A stretch of DNA of 64,000 bases from a virus (IMGVR_UViG_3300045988_163304:64001-128000), one strand, 5' to 3'; numbered from the stretch's first letter, positions 10,047 to 21,049 are shown. The notes: generated by a model from the sequence alone, not told the origin. A program made the numbers and translations.

Positions 10047-12296
10047 ATGTTTTATATAATTAAACGTAATGGCGATGTAATGCCATTTAACAAACAAAAA
10101 ATTATTGATGCTATTACTAAAGCATTTATTGCTGTAGATAAAAATATTTTTGAATCAGATAGTATTAATAGCATCGCTGATGAAGTAGAATATAGAGCGA
10201 GTCATTTCCCCGATGGAAGCGTTAATGTTGAAGACATCCAAAATTGGATTGAAGAAGCATTAATGGCATCAGAGCGTCCTGATATTGCTCGTGCTTATAT
10301 TCGCTATAGATATAAAAAAGAAGTTGCTCGCACTCATTCAACTGAATTTATTGCTGCAATTGGTGAAAAAATTCGTGGAGCTAATATTCAAAATCAAAAT
10401 GCTAATGTTGATGAAGCATCATTTGGTGGGCGTATGGGTGAAGCTAATAGTCTCTTAATGAAGCAATATGCTCTTGATTATATCGTATCTCCTCGTACAA
10501 AACGTAATCATGAAGAGAATATGATTTATACCCATGACCTTGACCATTATGCTGTGGGTGACCATAACTGTTTATCAATTCCATTTGATGATTTGCTTGC
10601 TAATGGATTTAATACTCGTCAAACAGATGTGCGTCCAGCAGGTTCAGTAAACACAGCATTTCAATTAGTTGCAGTTATTTTTCAATTACAATCTCTTCAG
10701 TAGTTTGGTGGAGTGAGTGCTACTCATCTTGATTGGACTATGGTTCCCTATGTTAAAAAGAGTTTTAGAAAACATTTTAAAGCATATTTAACTGATGTTG
10801 ATGATTATAGTGAAGGTATGGCTCTACAAATTATGAGTGATTGTGAGCCTATTGAAATTTCTAATAAAGAATTGCAAAGTCAATTTGGTCATCAAAATGC
10901 TTATAATTATGCTCTAAAACAGATAGAAAAAGAAATCCATCAAGCAGTTGAAGGTATGTATCATAATTTAAATACTCTTCAAAGTCGTAGTGGTAATCAA
11001 CTTCCATTTACTTCTATTAACTATGGAACTTGTACTCTTCCAGAAGGAAGAATGATTACAAAAGCCATATTAGAAGTGTCTCTTGAAGGATTAGGTAAAT
11101 TACATAAAACTTCTATTTTCCCTTGTGGAATTTTCCAATGTATGAAAGGTGTTAATAGAGAACCAGGTGACCCGAATTATGATTTATTTAAACTTGCGTT
11201 AAAATCTACTGCTAAAAGATTATATCCTAATTATGCAAATGTTGATTGGTCTGGAAATGCTGGCTATGATATTAATGACCCACGCACCTATTTTAGCACA
11301 ATGGGATGCCGAACTGCTAATGGATATGATATTAACGGTTTAGGTCAATTAAAAGATGGCCGTGGCAATATTTGTCCGGTAACTATTATTATGCCTACAC
11401 TAGCTATGATGGCAAAAGAAGCAGCTGAAAATAGTGATTTTCAATTAACTCCAAAAGCTGCTAGGATTAGAAGTTTTATGACTTTACTTGATGAAAAAAT
11501 CCATGAGGCAAAAGATCAATTAATTGAACGTTTTAATTGGATTTGCTCTCAAAGTCCGGCTTCAGCTAAATTCATGTATGAAAACAATCTAATGGCAGGT
11601 TATATTCCCGAAGAAGGAATTAGAAGTGCGCTTAAACATGGAACACTGGCTCTAGGTCAGTTAGGACTAGCAGAAACTCTACAAATTCTTATTGGCGTTG
11701 ACCACACTACTCCAGAGGGAATGGAATTAGCAAAAAAAATTGAATCCTTATTTAAACAGCGTTGTGCGGAATTTAAGGAACAATATAAATTAAACTTCGG
11801 TGTTTATTATACTCCCGCAGAAAATCTCTGTTATACTGCAATGAAGAAATTTAAGGCTAAATACGGCGAAATTCCTAATGTAAGTGATAAAGAATTTTTT
11901 ACTAATTCAATTCATGTTCCTGTATGGAAAGAAATGAGCCCATTTGATAAAATTGATATTGAGAGTCAATTAACTGGATATAGTAATGCCGGTTGTATTA
12001 CTTATGTTGAGTTAGATTCTACTGTATCTAATAACTTAACTGCTCTTGAGCAAATTGTAAATTATGCTATGGATAAAGATATTCCTTATTTTGCTGTAAA
12101 TGTTCCTAATGACACTTGTCTCAAGTGTGGATATACTGGTGAATTCAATGATAAATGTCCAGAATGTGGTAGTAAAGAAATTCAGCAACTTCGTCGTGTG
12201 ACCGGTTATTTAACTGGTAATTATAAAACTGCGTTTAATTTAGGAAAGCAAGATGAAGTTGAACATCGAGTCAAACATGTAGGAGTGATGGAATGA
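10047..12296 (+). CDS. nrdD: anaerobic ribonucleoside-triphosphate reductase NrdD; one in-frame TAG at 10704
   Basis: LNTLQSRSGNQLPFTSINYGT; C-terminal Zn ribbon CLKCGY...CPECG and glycyl-radical RVTGY. The two ORF fragments share one frame. Confidence 0.85.
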
Positions 12297-12787
12297 GATA
12301 CGCCGGGATAATTAAAAATGATATTGCTGGAGCTCCTGGAGTGTGTGTCTCATTTTTCACTCAAGGATGCGCCAGACATTGCGAGGGCTGTTAGAATCCA
12401 GAAACTTGGGATTTTAATGGCGGAAAAGAATTTACTACAGATACATTAGATGATATAGTAAATGCTCTTACTGCTAATGGTATACATCGTGATTTTTGTA
12501 TTATGGGAGGAGAACCCCTCGCCCCAGAAAATCTATTCCTTGTAGATTTAATTATTGAACATATTAAAGAAGCTCTTCCTAAAACAAAAATTTTTTTATG
12601 GACTGGATATATAATGGATGAATTGGCTATGCGCAGAGAGCCACATCTAAAAAATATTGTTGATAATATTGATTGTATTATTGACGGCCCATTTAAGATT
12701 GAACAACGAGATATCACCTTACCTATGCGTGGCTCACGCAATCAAAAAGTTTATTACGCTCCATTTGACTTATGGGAAAAAATATGA
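12293..12787 (+). CDS. nrdG: anaerobic RNR activating radical-SAM protein NrdG; one in-frame TAG at 12392
   Basis: ATGA start/stop overlap with nrdD. GCARHCEGC-[TAG]-NPETW matches the NrdG CxxxCxxC motif; C-terminus LWTGY...IIDGPF. Confidence 0.85.
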
Positions 12788-12814
12788 TATAATATAGAAA
12801 ATGGAGGATAATAA

Positions 12815-13360
12815 ATGACTAATGGATTAAAATGTATTGGTGTAAAAACCATTGATGAATTAAAATATTCTCCTCAAGTATTTGAAAATGGGGCAGTAGC
12901 ATATACTGATGATAAAAAAGTATATTGTTATATAGATAATAAATGGGAAGAAGTATCAAATTATGGTACTGTTGACAAAATTGATGATACTAAAGCTAAT
13001 TTAAACTTAAATTTATATGATTTAAATAAATCTTTAGTACGTTCATTACCAGACCCCGATACAGATACATTAGGAGATTATCAACAAAAAATTAATAGTT
13101 ATCATCGAAAAATAAATAATAATTATTATCTTATGTTATGTAGAGATTATAATTATTATACTGTATTCCATTATGAACCAACAATTATCGCTGATTCATT
13201 TGGTAAATCTGTATTAGATTGCCTCGCTGATGTTGGTAAGATTAAAACATTAGATTGGAATGAAGAGCAAGGCGCCATTGAAATTTGGATGTCTATTGAT
13301 GATAATATTTATATGTTCTATTTATTTGGATATGATGCAGGGGTGGTGGATTTTTCGTGA
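12815..13360 (+). CDS. hypothetical protein
   Basis: RBS GGAGGA; 181 codons. Confidence 0.45.
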   Translation: MTNGLKCIGVKTIDELKYSPQVFENGAVAYTDDKKVYCYIDNKWEEVSNYGTVDKIDDTKANLNLNLYDLNKSLVRSLPDPDTDTLGDYQQKINSYHRKINNNYYLMLCRDYNYYTVFHYEPTIIADSFGKSVLDCLADVGKIKTLDWNEEQGAIEIWMSIDDNIYMFYLFGYDAGVVDFS

Positions 13361-13392
13361 ATCGTTTATTTTGTAGTTTATAGCCATTTGAT

Positions 13393-13635
13393 ATGGTTCA
13401 ACAAATTTATGCAGTAGATAATAATGGCAATATCATAGATACATTTAGTTGTACGTTCGACGATATGATTGAAGCTGTTCCATCCTATTGCAAAAATAAT
13501 AATATTAATGTAATTCATTTGTTAGGTATTACTGATTACACATTTGAAATGAAACAAAGAATGATGGAATTTTGTAAAACTAATTACGCATATGAAAATT
13601 TAAATCTAATTATTGATTGTGGAGAAGAAAAATAA
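13393..13635 (+). CDS. hypothetical protein
   Basis: ORF of 80 codons. Confidence 0.4.
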   Translation: MVQQIYAVDNNGNIIDTFSCTFDDMIEAVPSYCKNNNINVIHLLGITDYTFEMKQRMMEFCKTNYAYENLNLIIDCGEEK

Positions 13636-13886
13636 TGGAATACCTAGTAAGTACAACTGAAGTATATAGAGTTGATGATGAAGCTAGTGCTACTTCTCTA
13701 ATTGAGAAGGCTAAACATGATAGTATGTATGAACTAGCTAAGTATAGTTCTGTAAAGAAGGAAAAGAAACAGAAAGGAGAAATCATTGATGAATGGTATC
13801 AAGTTTCATTAACCAAGAAATTCAATGATGAAAAAGACCCTATTTCTGTTGTTAATATTAAATATGGGGAGCAAATTGATTTCTAA
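13635..13886 (+). CDS. hypothetical protein
   Basis: RBS GGAGAAG then ATG at 13635. Confidence 0.4.
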   Translation: MEYLVSTTEVYRVDDEASATSLIEKAKHDSMYELAKYSSVKKEKKQKGEIIDEWYQVSLTKKFNDEKDPISVVNIKYGEQIDF

Positions 13887-14443
13887 TGATTAAGTTTGAA
13901 AGAGTTTCTAAATACCCTGATGCTGTAATTCCTACTCGTAGCACTGCTAATTCGGCTGGTTATGATTTTACTGTAGCTGAAGACATTGTAATTCCATCTT
14001 ATTCTAATCAAATGAGTGAAATGGTTCGATGGGGTAGAACAGGCCATACTTATACTCTAACTGAAATGGCTAGTTTTACTAAAGAATTAAAAATAAAACC
14101 TACTCTTATTCCTACTGGAATTAAATGTTGTCTTGATGCTGATACATATCTTGAATTATCAGTACGTAGTTCTACTCCATTAAAGCATTGGATTATTCTT
14201 GCTAATGGAGTGGGTATTATTGATGCTGATTATTATAATAATCCTGATAATGAAGGACATATTTATTTTCAAGTAATTAATCTTACTCCATTTGATATTC
14301 AACTTAAAAAGGGAGACAAAATTGGTCAAGGTATTATTAAACCTTATCTAACAACAGATAATGATAATGCTTTTGGTCAACGACTTGGTGGGTTTGGCTC
14401 TACTACAAGTAGTCCAGAAGCCAATCAAGCTAGTCTAACTTAA
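13886..14443 (+). CDS. dut: dUTP diphosphatase (long form); no TAG
   Basis: Motifs SAGYDF, GVGIIDADYY and RLGGFGSTT. Confidence 0.75.
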   Translation: MIKFERVSKYPDAVIPTRSTANSAGYDFTVAEDIVIPSYSNQMSEMVRWGRTGHTYTLTEMASFTKELKIKPTLIPTGIKCCLDADTYLELSVRSSTPLKHWIILANGVGIIDADYYNNPDNEGHIYFQVINLTPFDIQLKKGDKIGQGIIKPYLTTDNDNAFGQRLGGFGSTTSSPEANQASLT

Positions 14444-14952
14444 TGAATATATTATTTTTAGATTTATCATCTAAATCTACTGGATGGTGTTTATCTTCTG
14501 AAAAAGGGGAAATGCTCAAATGGGGATTAATCCCTATTTCAGGAGATAATACTCTTGAACGTATTAAACAAATGACTGATAAAATTGTAGATTTGATAAA
14601 AGAAAATAGTGTTGGTAAAATAGTTGCAGAAGATGTGCATCCAGAAGCATATGGGAATAAGTCTCATACTGAACGTGTTTTGATGTGGCTTCAAGGGTCT
14701 GTGGCCCTAGGCGCTCATAGTGTTGATACTAACATTGATTATGATTTTATTGAATTTATGAATTCATCATCATGGCGAAAATTACTTGGAATGAAGCTCG
14801 GCCCAAAAGTAAAACGAGTCGCTCTTAAACAAGCAGATATTGAGTTTGTAAAAAATAAATATGGTATAGTGGCTAACGATGATGTATGTGATGCTATATG
14901 TTTGTATACTGCATATTTCACTAAACCTCAAGAAGAGTATAATTGGGAATGA
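14443..14952 (+). CDS. RuvC-like Holliday junction resolvase
   Basis: ILFLDLSSKSTGWCL and DDVCDAICLY acidic motifs. Confidence 0.65.
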   Translation: MNILFLDLSSKSTGWCLSSEKGEMLKWGLIPISGDNTLERIKQMTDKIVDLIKENSVGKIVAEDVHPEAYGNKSHTERVLMWLQGSVALGAHSVDTNIDYDFIEFMNSSSWRKLLGMKLGPKVKRVALKQADIEFVKNKYGIVANDDVCDAICLYTAYFTKPQEEYNWE

Positions 14953-14973
14953 GGCCAAAATACAAAAAAAAAT

Positions 14974-15028
14974 AACTCCTTATTTGTAAGAACAAATGGA
15001 TAGAGATTCTTACGGAAAGGAGTTTTTT
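14974..15028 (+). terminator. compound hairpin plus T-run after the replication gene block; its 3' arm contains the RBS of the next gene
   Basis: aactcctt...aaggagtt with inner stem gtaagaa/ttcttac, followed by TTTTTT. Confidence 0.45.
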
Positions 15029-15030
15029 AA

Positions 15031-15525
15031 ATGCTTGATTTTATCGCCAAATATTGGCTTGAGTTTTTATTTGGTATAATCGCATTAGGACTTACGGGTT
15101 TAGCTAAATACTTTTATAATTTATATAAAAAAGAAAAATAGCGTTTAGAAGATGAAGCTCATGAAAAAATTATTAAAGAATTAAAAAGTAAAATTAGTGA
15201 TGAACATAAAACTACAGCTAATTTATTGCAAACTGAGCGAAATTTATCTAAACAAGAAAACGATAGTTTAAAACAAGAAATTTATAATGTAAATGATAAA
15301 ATAGATGTTGTAAGAGATGGTATTTTATCTATTTAGGGAAAACAATTTAAAAATGACTGTCGAAAATTATTAAATCCAGACCATGAAATCACTCTCGATG
15401 AATTTGAAGAAATTGAGAGCGACCATGAGACATATAATAAAATGAATGGAAATCATACAGGAGATAAACTATTCCAAATGGTAGAATAGAAATTTAGGAA
15501 TAGTTTATCTACTTATAAAGAATAA
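15031..15525 (+). CDS. membrane protein (N-terminal TM helix) with a coiled coil; in-frame TAGs at 15139, 15334 and 15487
   Basis: RBS AAGGAG; reads to TAA at 15523 if TAG is sense. Confidence 0.45.
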
Positions 15526-15570
15526 AAAATAGCCGAGAATTAAATAAAACTTAATTCTCGGCTTATAATA
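15526..15570. terminator. bidirectional intrinsic terminator where plus- and minus-strand blocks converge
   Basis: 13-bp stem agccgagaattaa/ttaattctcggct flanked by A- and T-runs. Confidence 0.55.
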
Positions 15571-15572
15571 AT

Positions 15573-16094
15573 TTATTCTTCTATTTTATAATAATATTTT
15601 AAAAATTCAGGGCTAAAATCGTAAGCTAACCCTTCTGTAATCAATCCTTCAATTTCACAAATTTCTGCGGAAACATTTTTAATTAATTTTTTAGCTATTT
15701 TTAATTCATGGAATGCCATATTTTCTTTGAAGTGCATAGCGGCCTCTTTATAAATGCTCACTGTTTCCTTCTCCCAATCGAGCCAATGGTAGAGACTCTC
15801 TTTACTTAATGATTTAATGGCTCCTTTGGTAACATCCATAGATGTTTTACTATACCATTCTGCTGGAATTAATGTTGTGTTTTCCATTTCAAATTGTGGA
15901 ATTGAAAAATATATTTTTGCATAACAATCTTTAATACATTGAAGAGTTTCTAATTCTTCCTAAGATTGATGACAATGGATTTCTTTTAAACCATCTAAAC
16001 ATAAAAAACGGTAATAGTCAGTCATATTTTCATGATAAACTACTCCCTCTGTTTGGCGTTTAATTATAGAAATCATATATTCTTGACAATCCAT
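15573..16094 (-). CDS. hypothetical protein; one internal TAG at 15888
   Basis: Frame continues upstream of the track ORF to an ATG near 16094. Confidence 0.45.
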
Positions 16095-16099
16095 TCAAC

Positions 16100-16522
16100 T
16101 CACCCAACCTTTACGATATCGACTTCAACAGTTGAATAGGTTGTTGCACCAGTGTTAACAAATGTCAAATTGGCATTGTTATTTATAGAACGACATGATG
16201 GTAGTACTTTTACTAACGTAGTAAAATGAACTGTGCCAGTGTCAACTAGACTTGCAATTGCGGCTGGAATGGCAGTTCCATTATTGTAAGCCTAGACTGA
16301 AAATGTGTTGCCAGAGCCAGCATTACCAGTTGCGGTTACCGCAACTAAATAAGTGCCGGTTCGAGTTAAACTAATCGCAGTACTGCCTGCAATATGAGAA
16401 ATACCACAGCCACTTTGGAATATATTATTTTGAAGTGGGATGGGATTACCCGTAGCAAGAGTCTAGCTAGTTGTAGAGGTAGTCTTTAAAATTGGATTAG
16501 AGCAATTTGAACAAGTACTCAT
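16100..16522 (-). CDS. protein with a BclA-C-terminal-like (C1q/TNF-like) domain; two TAGs
   Basis: ISLTRTGTYLVAVTATGNAGSG...VHFTTLV...STVEVDIVKV resembles the Bacillus BclA C-terminal domain. Confidence 0.5.
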
Positions 16523-16579
16523 TCGTATGAACTCCTTTCTTAGTTAGAATAGAGGGAGGATATTTCCTCCCTCAATAAA

Positions 16580-17257
16580 TTAATTACCGCAAGCGCCGCA
16601 TCCACTAAATGCATTATAAATATTACTTGCAGTGTAAGGGCTACAAGTAATATATGCAGGAGTAGGATATGGACGTAAGGTGTTTAATAAGTCAGAAGTC
16701 TGATTCATGTTCTGAATTGTTAAGTTGGCAGACTGTAATTCAGTACGCAGACTCTCAATCTTGTCGGTAGTTAAATAATCAAGAATACGCTGAATACCAG
16801 CGTTTTGATTAGTTAAAATATCACGAGTATTTAAGTTACTAGTATTTACAATATCGCAAGTATTTTTAGCATTCTCATATCTCACAGCGTCAATATTGCG
16901 ATTAGTTGTGCAACAACATTCTTGCTGAGCGAAACGATTATCGTTTAGCCCTTTCATTACTTCATATTGGATATTACCCCAACGATTAGTTGCGTCACGT
17001 TCAAAAGCGCTTACTTCAGAAAGAATCATATCTTGATTGCGGAACATATCTTGGCGGCCTAAACCGTCAGTTAATTCAGCACGAGTTAAAGCGCCTTGGG
17101 TAGAACCACCGCCAAATAGTCCACCGCCTCCCCAAGCCAGTAGGAAGAATAAGAAGAATACCCAAGTCCAAGTGCCGCCAAAACCATTATCGTTGTGGTC
17201 GCCTTGAGTCATTGCCATGATATCAGCAGGAGATAATCCGTTTTCAGTTAGAGCCAT
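16580..17257 (-). CDS. membrane protein, Gly-rich with a Cys cluster (CCCTT; C-terminal SGCGACGN); no TAG
   Basis: Intact 225-aa ORF; TM segment WTWVFFLFFLLAWGGGG; RBS AAAGGAA. Confidence 0.5.
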   Translation of the reverse strand: MALTENGLSPADIMAMTQGDHNDNGFGGTWTWVFFLFFLLAWGGGGLFGGGSTQGALTRAELTDGLGRQDMFRNQDMILSEVSAFERDATNRWGNIQYEVMKGLNDNRFAQQECCCTTNRNIDAVRYENAKNTCDIVNTSNLNTRDILTNQNAGIQRILDYLTTDKIESLRTELQSANLTIQNMNQTSDLLNTLRPYPTPAYITCSPYTASNIYNAFSGCGACGN

Positions 17258-17413
17258 AATTTTTACATTCCTTTCTAATTATATTGAGATTGGAAGATAG
17301 AATAAGCTTCATCAAAATTGATTCCTTTTTCTCGGCAGATATTGCGAGCGATTTGAATAATTTCTGCTTCTGATTTTCCTTGAGCCATTCTTTGTGCCTA
17401 TTGGAATAAGGGA

Positions 17414-17854
17414 TTAGAATTTAAATTCTGTAGCATCGCCATTGGATTCATCATTTGGTTTGGATTCATCTGCGTTAGCTCCTTTCAGTTTATTAATTTC
17501 ATTAACTAGAATTGTGACTGTTTTCTCAAATTCTTCTTTGCTTACGTAAGAAGCGTCAGATGGTGTTGCTTCTGGCTATGCTGTTGGAGGAGGAGTAGCT
17601 TTTAATTCATACATATTCAATGAAGCTGTTCCATCTAAATTGATTTGTTTTGTGTAGATGCGTCGATTTGCTAAGTCTGGAAAATAGAAAACCGACCCGT
17701 CAAAATCAATACCTGTTGCTCGGACTTCTTCAAGACTAGAGACCGGCCGACCTTTTAATCCTTGAAGTTGTTGAGTATATTGATTAGTAGACATATAACG
17801 ATTCAGGTAGGGATTTTGAGATTGAGGATAATAGTTATAACTGTTTGGATACAT
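17414..17854 (-). CDS. hypothetical Tyr/Gln-rich protein; one TAG at 17576
   Basis: ORF reads through TAG to TAA at 17414. Confidence 0.45.
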
Positions 17855-17878
17855 TTTCTAGAAAATACCTCGCTTTCC

Positions 17879-17929
17879 AAATTTTTTACAACGAAGTAAA
17901 AAATTTTACAGTGGTGTAAAAAATTTTAC
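17879..17929. promoter_or_regulatory. repeated near-palindromic element GTAAAAAATTTTAC (2 direct copies 20 bp apart plus an inverted half-copy) in a divergent intergenic region
   Basis: Copies at 17896-17909 and 17916-17929; aaattttttac at 17879-17889. Confidence 0.35.
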
Positions 17930-18045
17930 TAAGCTCCTCCATTATATAATGTAAATTAAGATGGACTAATTAATAATTTTTGCCTGGTTATTTTCGGGAA
18001 AACTATCTAGAATATTTTTCATATTAAATAGGAATTGGTATTTTA

Positions 18046-18074
18046 TTGACTTTTCCAAAAATTTATTTTATAAT
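18046..18074 (+). promoter_or_regulatory. consensus-like sigma70 promoter: TTGACT, 17 nt, TATAAT
   Basis: -35 at 18046-18051 and -10 at 18069-18074. Confidence 0.55.
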
Positions 18075-18103
18075 ACAGAAAATAGAAGAGGAGGAAATAA
18101 TTT

Positions 18104-18517
18104 ATGGATTGGCTAGAAATGCTACAACAAATTTTCAATATTCTTATTGTCCCAGTATTAACAGCTGTCTCTCTATTCTTGGTTCGTTTTATTTAGTCTA
18201 AAACTAATGAGTTGAAGGCTAAAACCAATGATGAAACTCTTCAAAAATATATGGACATGCTTAATAAAACAATTACTGATTGTGTATTAGCAACAAATCA
18301 AACATATGTTGAAAGTCTGAAGGGACAAAATGCATTTGATAAAAATGCTCAATTGGAAGCATTCAAAAAGACTTATGACGCTGTAATGGGTATTCTGACT
18401 GAAGATGCTAAAGAATATCTTAATGAAGCCCTTGGCGATTTGAGTGGATATATTACCACTAAAATCGAATCTGAAGTCAATACAAATAAAGCTCAACCTA
18501 AAAAGGCCGAAGATTAA
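18104..18517 (+). CDS. membrane protein (N-terminal TM) with a coiled coil; one TAG at 18194
   Basis: RBS GAGGAGG; the frame joins the 18212 track ORF through TAG. Confidence 0.5.
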
Positions 18518-18850
18518 TTGATTATCTGTTTGTGCGGGAGTACTAAATTCAAAGAGTCCTTCGAGAAATTAGAAGCAATCCTATCTCTCGAAGGACATAT
18601 TGTTTTATCTCCTCGAGTATTTGCTCACGCAGATAATATTATATTACCGTCAGACACAGAAACTAGATTATTAAATTCTAGCAAGGATAAAATTAATATG
18701 GCTGATGCTGTTTATTTTATTACTGGAGAAAATGAATATATTGGAACAACTGGCTATCAAGAAATTTGTTATGCTAGAAAATTAAATAAACCAATTACTT
18801 ATTTCTCTAATGAAAAAATTGATGAATATGGTTATAATGTTATCCGATAG
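18518..18850 (+). CDS. nucleoside 2-deoxyribosyltransferase-like (DUF4406/NDT-fold) protein
   Basis: N-terminal ICLCGSTKF; GTTGYQEICYARKLNKPI matches the NDT-family xGTxxExGyAxAxgKPv motif with its conserved Glu. Confidence 0.5.
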   Translation: MIICLCGSTKFKESFEKLEAILSLEGHIVLSPRVFAHADNIILPSDTETRLLNSSKDKINMADAVYFITGENEYIGTTGYQEICYARKLNKPITYFSNEKIDEYGYNVIR

Positions 18851-18876
18851 TATGTGAATAACATGATGGAGCAAAC

Positions 18877-18932
18877 AAAAAATAGCGATTAAGAAAAACA
18901 TTACAAGTTTTTTCTTAATCGCTATTTTTTTA
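18877..18932. terminator. bidirectional terminator: 20-bp perfect inverted repeat with flanking A/T runs
   Basis: aaaaatagcgattaagaaaaa / tttttcttaatcgctattttt. Confidence 0.6.
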
Positions 18933-18940
18933 TTTATAAA

Positions 18941-21049
18941 TTAAAATACTTTAATCCATACACGCCCATTAACTTTAACTTTTCCCGTTCCCCATTCTTC
19001 ATAATCAGGAACTGCTGAAATAGTACCAATCGCGCAATAGCCTTTATCTCTATATTCTTCATCAGTCATAATAGAAACTGTTCCATCAGGACCAGAGCAT
19101 ACTGGACGCCCAATATTCTTTTTAAATTCTTCATGAGATTCATATGGATAAGCAAGAACACGTCCACTTACTGCTATTGGAGTTTTTGCCTATTCAGTTT
19201 CACCAATAGCAAAACCAAATGTGTCAGATGTAATATTAGCGCCCGGCATCATGCGCTCAGTTGAAGTAATAAGAGTATCGTCACCCACTTCAATCACACA
19301 TTTGCCTGGTTCAATAGTATCTCCTTCACGGAACTCAGCATAGTCATTCCATACTGCTCCATATAAAGGTTGATAAGCTGTAATTTTAGACCCACTCATA
19401 TTCATATAAGAAGTATAAGTTGAGCCATTATTAGAAATATTACCCCAAAAATTAAAACCGCCATTAGCACAAAAACTAATATCTTCACAGTCAACTAAAT
19501 TAGAATTTAATTTACTTGGGAAGACACAACCACCCTCACCAGATGTTATAAATGTAGCTCCATTAGTTGAACCAAAACGCACTGCAGCATTATTTACATT
19601 TGTAGATGCTGTTCCTATCATATCCACTAAATCTGTAGAATAATATGCCCCAGATCCATTTTGATACTATCCAGATAAAACTGGTAATCTGACACCTCTA
19701 GCTGGTTTAGATGTTGTAAATTTAAATGTTATTTTTCCACTCATTGTGTCACCAGTTTTTTTAACATAATTAGAATCATGATTATGAGAATTTGAAGCCG
19801 CTCCAATATTAGCTGGAGTTATATTAATATCTTTAGCAGCACTACCATTATAAGTAAATTGGTTTGTTCCTTCAGTAGTTCCACTGTTTAGTTTAATGAC
19901 TAAATTATTATTAACTTTATCGGCACTACCAGCTTTAGTAGCCGTTGTTGCAGTAGTCGCATTACCATTTAAATTGCCATGGAACCCATTGGGCTAAATG
20001 GAAGCAACTAACTCTCCATCAGCGGCAGTTCCCTTAGTATTTCTATAGAAATTCCAAATTCCACCATATTCATGAAAATCAACTTGATTATGTCCACTAT
20101 ATCCAAAATCAATAGCATGATAATAGGTATTAGCATTACCTTCACCACGGAATTTTGCACTTTGAAAATAATGAGTTTTATCAGTGCCCGTAGCGATATA
20201 AGGAGCAGTAAATAATCCAGTATCATTAATAGTAACTGTTAAATTATTTTTAATGACTTTACCTGTTGCATCAGCAAATGTAGAAACAGCATTTGCAGTA
20301 GAAGTATTAGGTCCTATCACCGCGCCATCAATATTTGTTTGGGCAACAGTCCAATGAGAATCATTTGCTGATAACCCATCAGCAATACAGATAACTAAAT
20401 CTCCTATTTCACAAACTTTTCCGGCATAAGTTCCCGCTTTATTAACACGATAAGTCCAACCTGTTTCATGGGTATCTGGTAAGTTATGAGTGTTATCAAG
20501 AATGCCTTTAAATATCATAGCATCATTGGCACTCAATATTTTATCAACATACTATTTAGTTGTTAATTCTAAATTATCTACTGGGTCTTTGGCTACTTTA
20601 ATACCTTTACCAGCTGTAATTTCAATAGCATGGCCCGTCCCATTAGTATTGTCAATGACAATACCGCGACCTGCTCCAGTATTAGAAATTAAAATTTCAT
20701 CTTTTCCAGCTACATTAGGAATAACTAAAGAACCATTTTTAATACCAATCTAAGTATATTTAGCTTCAATTAAATTTTTTGTAGTATCTTTTAAATTAAA
20801 TGCTAAAATAGGATAAACGATATTATCATTAGTAGGCATTTCAGATGCTTTTAACAAATCACTGGCATAAGCATTTAATGGAATACGATTAGTTCCTATT
20901 TCTGCTTTTGTTGTTGAAGTACCATCACCCGCAATATCAATATAGAACTTGCCATCATCTGTAGTAAAATAAGCAAATCCTTCTTTAGCATTCGGGACAT
21001 TGGTTGTTAAATTTTTAGCCAAGCCCTTACTTACTTTAAATAAAGCCAT
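18941..21049 (-). CDS. tail fiber protein (conserved Gram-positive fiber N-terminus; C-terminal domain shared with gene 22523-23512); at least five TAGs
   Basis: The four same-frame track ORFs are joined by TAG. N-terminus FAYFTTDDGKFYID; RBS AAGGGAG; TAA at 18941. Confidence 0.65.
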
